Positions 60,308 through 64,000 of a DNA stretch of 64,000 bases are shown one piece after another; the stretch's first letter is position 1; every line of letters begins with the position of its first letter. The stretch is from assembly GCA_964430885.1 (NCBI GenBank), contig CAYSHM010000016.1, positions 1-64,000 on the forward strand, in the 5' to 3' direction. The translations under genes and the position numbers were made by a program. This DNA comes from an uncultured archaeon. Lineage in GTDB: Archaea > Thermoplasmatota > Penumbrarchaeia > JASLWR01. The notes below the pieces were generated by a model. The model had not been told where the DNA came from. It saw only the letters and a list, made by a program, of their open reading frames with translations, and searched no databases.

Positions 60308-62485
60308 GTGAAAAAAGTAAACAGAACACTAGTGATCCTTGCAATTGCATTACTGATTGTAACCTTCGCAATACCTGCTGTCACGGCATTTGCGAACGAC
60401 GGAATGAAAGTTATCATCACCCTGGACAAGGGAGAAGATTACAAAGGAGGGGACGAAGGGACTGTGAAAGTTCACGTTTTCAACAAGGGCGAATATGTTG
60501 ACCCCGATGATGCACCGAAATGCGCCCTGGAGCCAGAATACGGGGGCGTACCAGAGAATGCCCGGGATATAGATCTTGAGAAAGATGCAACAGGTATTTA
60601 CAGCGGAACATTCGACATATTCACAAGCGATGTGGATGACAACGATATGATGTCTCTAAACACTGAAGCAACCTACGGTAAGACCGATGAGAATGATACA
60701 ATTTACAACACTGATGAAACAAGCGAATATTTAAGCCTGGACAAGGGCACAACCGAGGACGAAGAGGTTTCCGTCAATTTCAAGGGAGTACCCGATGCTG
60801 CATCCCCGGGAGAAACCATAACCATCACCGTTGAGGTCCGTAAGGGCGGGGTGCTCACCGATGCCGAGGACCTAACCGTGGAATATGAGTTCGAACTTGA
60901 AGGCAGCGAATCAAAGAACCTTCCCTACAACAAGATAAGCACCGGAGTCTATGAACTGGAACTGGAGATACCCGGTACCAGCAAGGAAAGCTTCGATGTT
61001 GAGCTAAAGGCCGAGGCTACCATCGGAGAGGATACTGACTGGGATTGGGAGTTCACCAGAGTGGACCTTCTTTCTGTTTGGTACCACAAGGTGACCATAG
61101 GCAAGACCATAACCAAGTTCGACATCTACGTTTGCGGTCCTGATGGAAAGGCCATTGAGAACGCCGAGATCAATTTTGACTGGATGGGAGATAAAGGTGA
61201 CGGTGATAAAGAATCCAGTCTCACCGACAGCGAAGGAAAGGCCACCTTCCAGCTTTCCCATGACGAGAAGACGGGCGACATCGAGGTAGAAGGAACCGTC
61301 CTGGCAGACGGCAAGACCCAGCATTTTGAAGGATGGATCGAGGTCCAGGAGATAGATGACGATGATGACGAGAGCTGGAAAGAGGAAGAGCCCTACGGCT
61401 ACGGCCTGGAGGTCATAATGTCAAGGGATTCAGTATCAGGTTCAGGTTCCCAGGAGATACAATGCATAGCCTATCTCGACGGCCAGAGGGTATCGGACAA
61501 GGAGATCCACTACTACATATACGACCAGGAGAGGATCATCGCGCATGGTACTGTGACCACTGATATAAACGGAGAGTTCACCATAAGCTTCAGCTATACC
61601 AAGGGCGGCGATGATTCCCTGAACATAGATTTCGAGATTGCAAATGAGGAGTTCTACAGTTTCTTCGGGGACCGGGAGGACACACTTGATGGTATGGAAT
61701 ATGCTTCCACTGGTGATTGGCTGTGGGTGGAAGAGGATGAGGACGAAGGAAATCCCGAGTTCGATGCCACCTCTGTAAAGATCAGCGTTGGCAACATGAA
61801 ACACGGGGGGCTCACAGATGTTACCATCACAGGACTTCCGGAGGATTTCATGCCCTTTGTTATATGGGTTCCGACCAAGGTATCCTCCTGGGAAGGTCTT
61901 GAGGAATGGGGCAAGGATTTCCCCTGGGATACATGGGGAGGTGACAGTCTTATGACCCAGAACGTGGAGGTCAGCGATGGAAAGGTCACCTGTAAAATCA
62001 TGGTGCCCGAGTTCCTGCCTAAGACGGATTATACTGTTATCGCAGGTTATCTGGACCTTGAGAAGATGGACGACCCGAATGCCAACTTCGATGATGTTTT
62101 CAATCTGAACAAGGTAACGGTGAAACCGGGACAGTCGGGATCTTCAACAACCGGGGGCGGTACCGATGACAGCGGTTCCTCCTCAAGCAATATGGCGCTC
62201 ATTCTGATAATATCCGGTGTTGTGCTGGTCATAATCATCATTGTTGTTGTGCTGATACTGGTCACTAGGGGGAAGAAGAAAGGCGGAGAGAAGGAAGATG
62301 AAGAGGCTGAGATCCACCAGGATGATGGGATGGAGCCAGTGGGTGACGCACCTCCCGCTTACCATCAGCCTCCGGTCCAGGGTGATGCAGGCGATACCCC
62401 GAGACCCCCCATGGTCCCGGCCCAGCAGGAGGCACCATACGACGAAGGCAGCTCATATCAATCCGACAGCACTGGTGATTGGTGA
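60308..62485 (+). CDS. Acidic single-pass surface protein with Ig-like domains and Pro-rich tail
   Basis: Signal peptide, repeated TG(I/V)Y strands and TD..G.(A/F)T motifs, TM LILIISGVVLVIIIIVVVLILV followed by RGKKK. Confidence 0.8.
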   Translation: MKKVNRTLVILAIALLIVTFAIPAVTAFANDGMKVIITLDKGEDYKGGDEGTVKVHVFNKGEYVDPDDAPKCALEPEYGGVPENARDIDLEKDATGIYSGTFDIFTSDVDDNDMMSLNTEATYGKTDENDTIYNTDETSEYLSLDKGTTEDEEVSVNFKGVPDAASPGETITITVEVRKGGVLTDAEDLTVEYEFELEGSESKNLPYNKISTGVYELELEIPGTSKESFDVELKAEATIGEDTDWDWEFTRVDLLSVWYHKVTIGKTITKFDIYVCGPDGKAIENAEINFDWMGDKGDGDKESSLTDSEGKATFQLSHDEKTGDIEVEGTVLADGKTQHFEGWIEVQEIDDDDDESWKEEEPYGYGLEVIMSRDSVSGSGSQEIQCIAYLDGQRVSDKEIHYYIYDQERIIAHGTVTTDINGEFTISFSYTKGGDDSLNIDFEIANEEFYSFFGDREDTLDGMEYASTGDWLWVEEDEDEGNPEFDATSVKISVGNMKHGGLTDVTITGLPEDFMPFVIWVPTKVSSWEGLEEWGKDFPWDTWGGDSLMTQNVEVSDGKVTCKIMVPEFLPKTDYTVIAGYLDLEKMDDPNANFDDVFNLNKVTVKPGQSGSSTTGGGTDDSGSSSSNMALILIISGVVLVIIIIVVVLILVTRGKKKGGEKEDEEAEIHQDDGMEPVGDAPPAYHQPPVQGDAGDTPRPPMVPAQQEAPYDEGSSYQSDSTGDW

Positions 62486-62489
62486 GGTG

Positions 62490-64000
62490 ATGAAATGCAA
62501 AGCATTTATTATGGCTATCATCATGATGGGCGTGGTTTTCACAACAGGTTGTTTTGATGACGGCGATGAGGTGGACCTCAGCGATATGGACGAACATGTA
62601 AACCTGGACCCAGTTGACCAGACCGGTGCCAGGGAGTTCTTTTCGAATGAGAGGTATGTATTCGGCCTTGAGGAGATCACACCTGCGGATTTCAAGGGCG
62701 ACATTCCAGGCTGGTTCAGCTCGGCCAGTGAGCGGGGAATAGGTGTTATCGGCATAGACCTCATGGATATCGAGGCCGGCACCATAGCAATGAATACCTC
62801 CAGCCTGTTCTACTGCGGTTTTAAATTGGATGACGAATACGGGGACATATACCCCGAAATACTGAAGGAAGGAAAGAAGAACAATATATCGGTCATCATA
62901 ATGATCGAGAGCGCGGCCCATATTGTGGAGGACTTCTTTGATTACTCCGACGACATCAGCCAGGGCAAGCTGGTGCCCAAGACCATAAAGGGCTGGATAC
63001 GGGACATATCAGCTGCTGCAGCCGAGTCCGGCATGAAGGTGGGGGTCACAGAGGAGGCTTTTCCGCCCAAATACATGGACGCAATAGCCGAGGCCTGCAA
63101 TGATTTCGGGGTGACCTACATCCATTTCTTCGAGGACCTGGACGGCAGGGCCGACATGTACCTGTCCGAGGATTACGCCTACTATCCAATGGATGCAAGG
63201 GAGGACCAGGCGGATATTGACTACATGCTGGAGCTCACAGAACTAGGGGCATACTACGGTCTTCTGGGGCACCTGAACATCATGTTCGGCAGTGCGAGCT
63301 ACCAAAACGCTGAATCAGGGGTGCTTACTGCAGGAGGATGGGGGCTGGGCCCCAAGACCCATCAGAACATAGCACTCATGAGGGCAATACAGTTCTCACC
63401 GAGATTCTACTTCTTCGTCGTAGCCACCGGGGACGACGGCCTCATATTCCAGGATGAACCTGATTATGTGAACAACTATGATTTCGATGATGAACTGCTG
63501 CCTCTTCTGGAGAGTTACGGAAGAAAGGAAAACGATGCTGTGAAACCCGTAGCCAACCTGATACTGGACAAACCTCCACTTGATACGGATAACGACGATT
63601 TCTTCTTCCAGGGGCTTTTAAGTTCAGTATGCTCCATTACCAATGCCATGCTTGCAGCGGGATATGATATAATCGTGACCAAATCCGAACCCTATGCAGA
63701 TGCCGACCTGTATTACGTATTCACCGACGGTATGGCCTGGGATTCCGGAGACGACCTGCCTGCCGAACTTGCAGACCTTGTTGACGGGAACAAACCAGTT
63801 TACTACCAGGTAGCCGGAAGCCTCGGGAAGAAGACCAACTGGAAGAAGGTAACGGATAAATTGGGTATAAGCGGTTCAAAGTGCATAGGCTCCGAGACTG
63901 ACAAATCCACCCACGAGAAGATACCTCTTACAGCGAAATATGCTTTCCCTGACGGGATCAGTGAGATAAATTATGCCGGCTACAGCATGGAGGTCTGGTT
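62490..64000 (+). CDS. Putative lipoprotein with glycoside-hydrolase-like TIM barrel; runs off the right edge
   Basis: Not in the track (no stop in the window). MKCKAFIMAIIMMGVVFTTG-C lipobox 4 bp after the previous stop; YPEILKEGKKNNISVIIMIE and a later NAMLAAGYDI...ADLYYVF segment resemble a GH barrel plus a GATase-like domain. Confidence 0.7.
   Translation, partial: MKCKAFIMAIIMMGVVFTTGCFDDGDEVDLSDMDEHVNLDPVDQTGAREFFSNERYVFGLEEITPADFKGDIPGWFSSASERGIGVIGIDLMDIEAGTIAMNTSSLFYCGFKLDDEYGDIYPEILKEGKKNNISVIIMIESAAHIVEDFFDYSDDISQGKLVPKTIKGWIRDISAAAAESGMKVGVTEEAFPPKYMDAIAEACNDFGVTYIHFFEDLDGRADMYLSEDYAYYPMDAREDQADIDYMLELTELGAYYGLLGHLNIMFGSASYQNAESGVLTAGGWGLGPKTHQNIALMRAIQFSPRFYFFVVATGDDGLIFQDEPDYVNNYDFDDELLPLLESYGRKENDAVKPVANLILDKPPLDTDNDDFFFQGLLSSVCSITNAMLAAGYDIIVTKSEPYADADLYYVFTDGMAWDSGDDLPAELADLVDGNKPVYYQVAGSLGKKTNWKKVTDKLGISGSKCIGSETDKSTHEKIPLTAKYAFPDGISEINYAGYSMEVW

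Overview
This is a 64-kb archaeal chromosomal segment. Sm-like protein, NMD3, bifunctional PGI/PMI, pyruvoyl arginine decarboxylase, TATA-type promoters and many TTG starts point to an archaeon, and the style of the large single-pass surface proteins suggests Thermoplasmata (inference). Housekeeping and metabolic blocks are uvrB-uvrA-uvrC, beta-carbonic anhydrase/lipase/acyl-CoA ligase, a polyamine pair, two phosphate-uptake loci and a B12 acyl-CoA mutase cluster whose large subunit has isobutyryl-CoA-mutase-type residues. The main feature is a 20.8-kb tandem array of five ~1300-1360-aa paralogous single-pass surface proteins (29568-50401, minus strand). They share a stalk, a TM helix, a Pro-rich cytoplasmic tail with a conserved Y-x-LP...QDL...LPPAP motif and a C-terminal zinc ribbon. 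Their N-terminal heads differ: two olfactomedin-like, one tandem C-type-lectin-like, one LamG-like and one GATase/flavodoxin-like. The array shows mosaicism and recent sequence homogenisation and is followed by an M50 intramembrane protease. No rRNA, tRNA, CRISPR array, transposase or reverse transcriptase was seen. All domain calls come from motif recognition by eye, not database searches.
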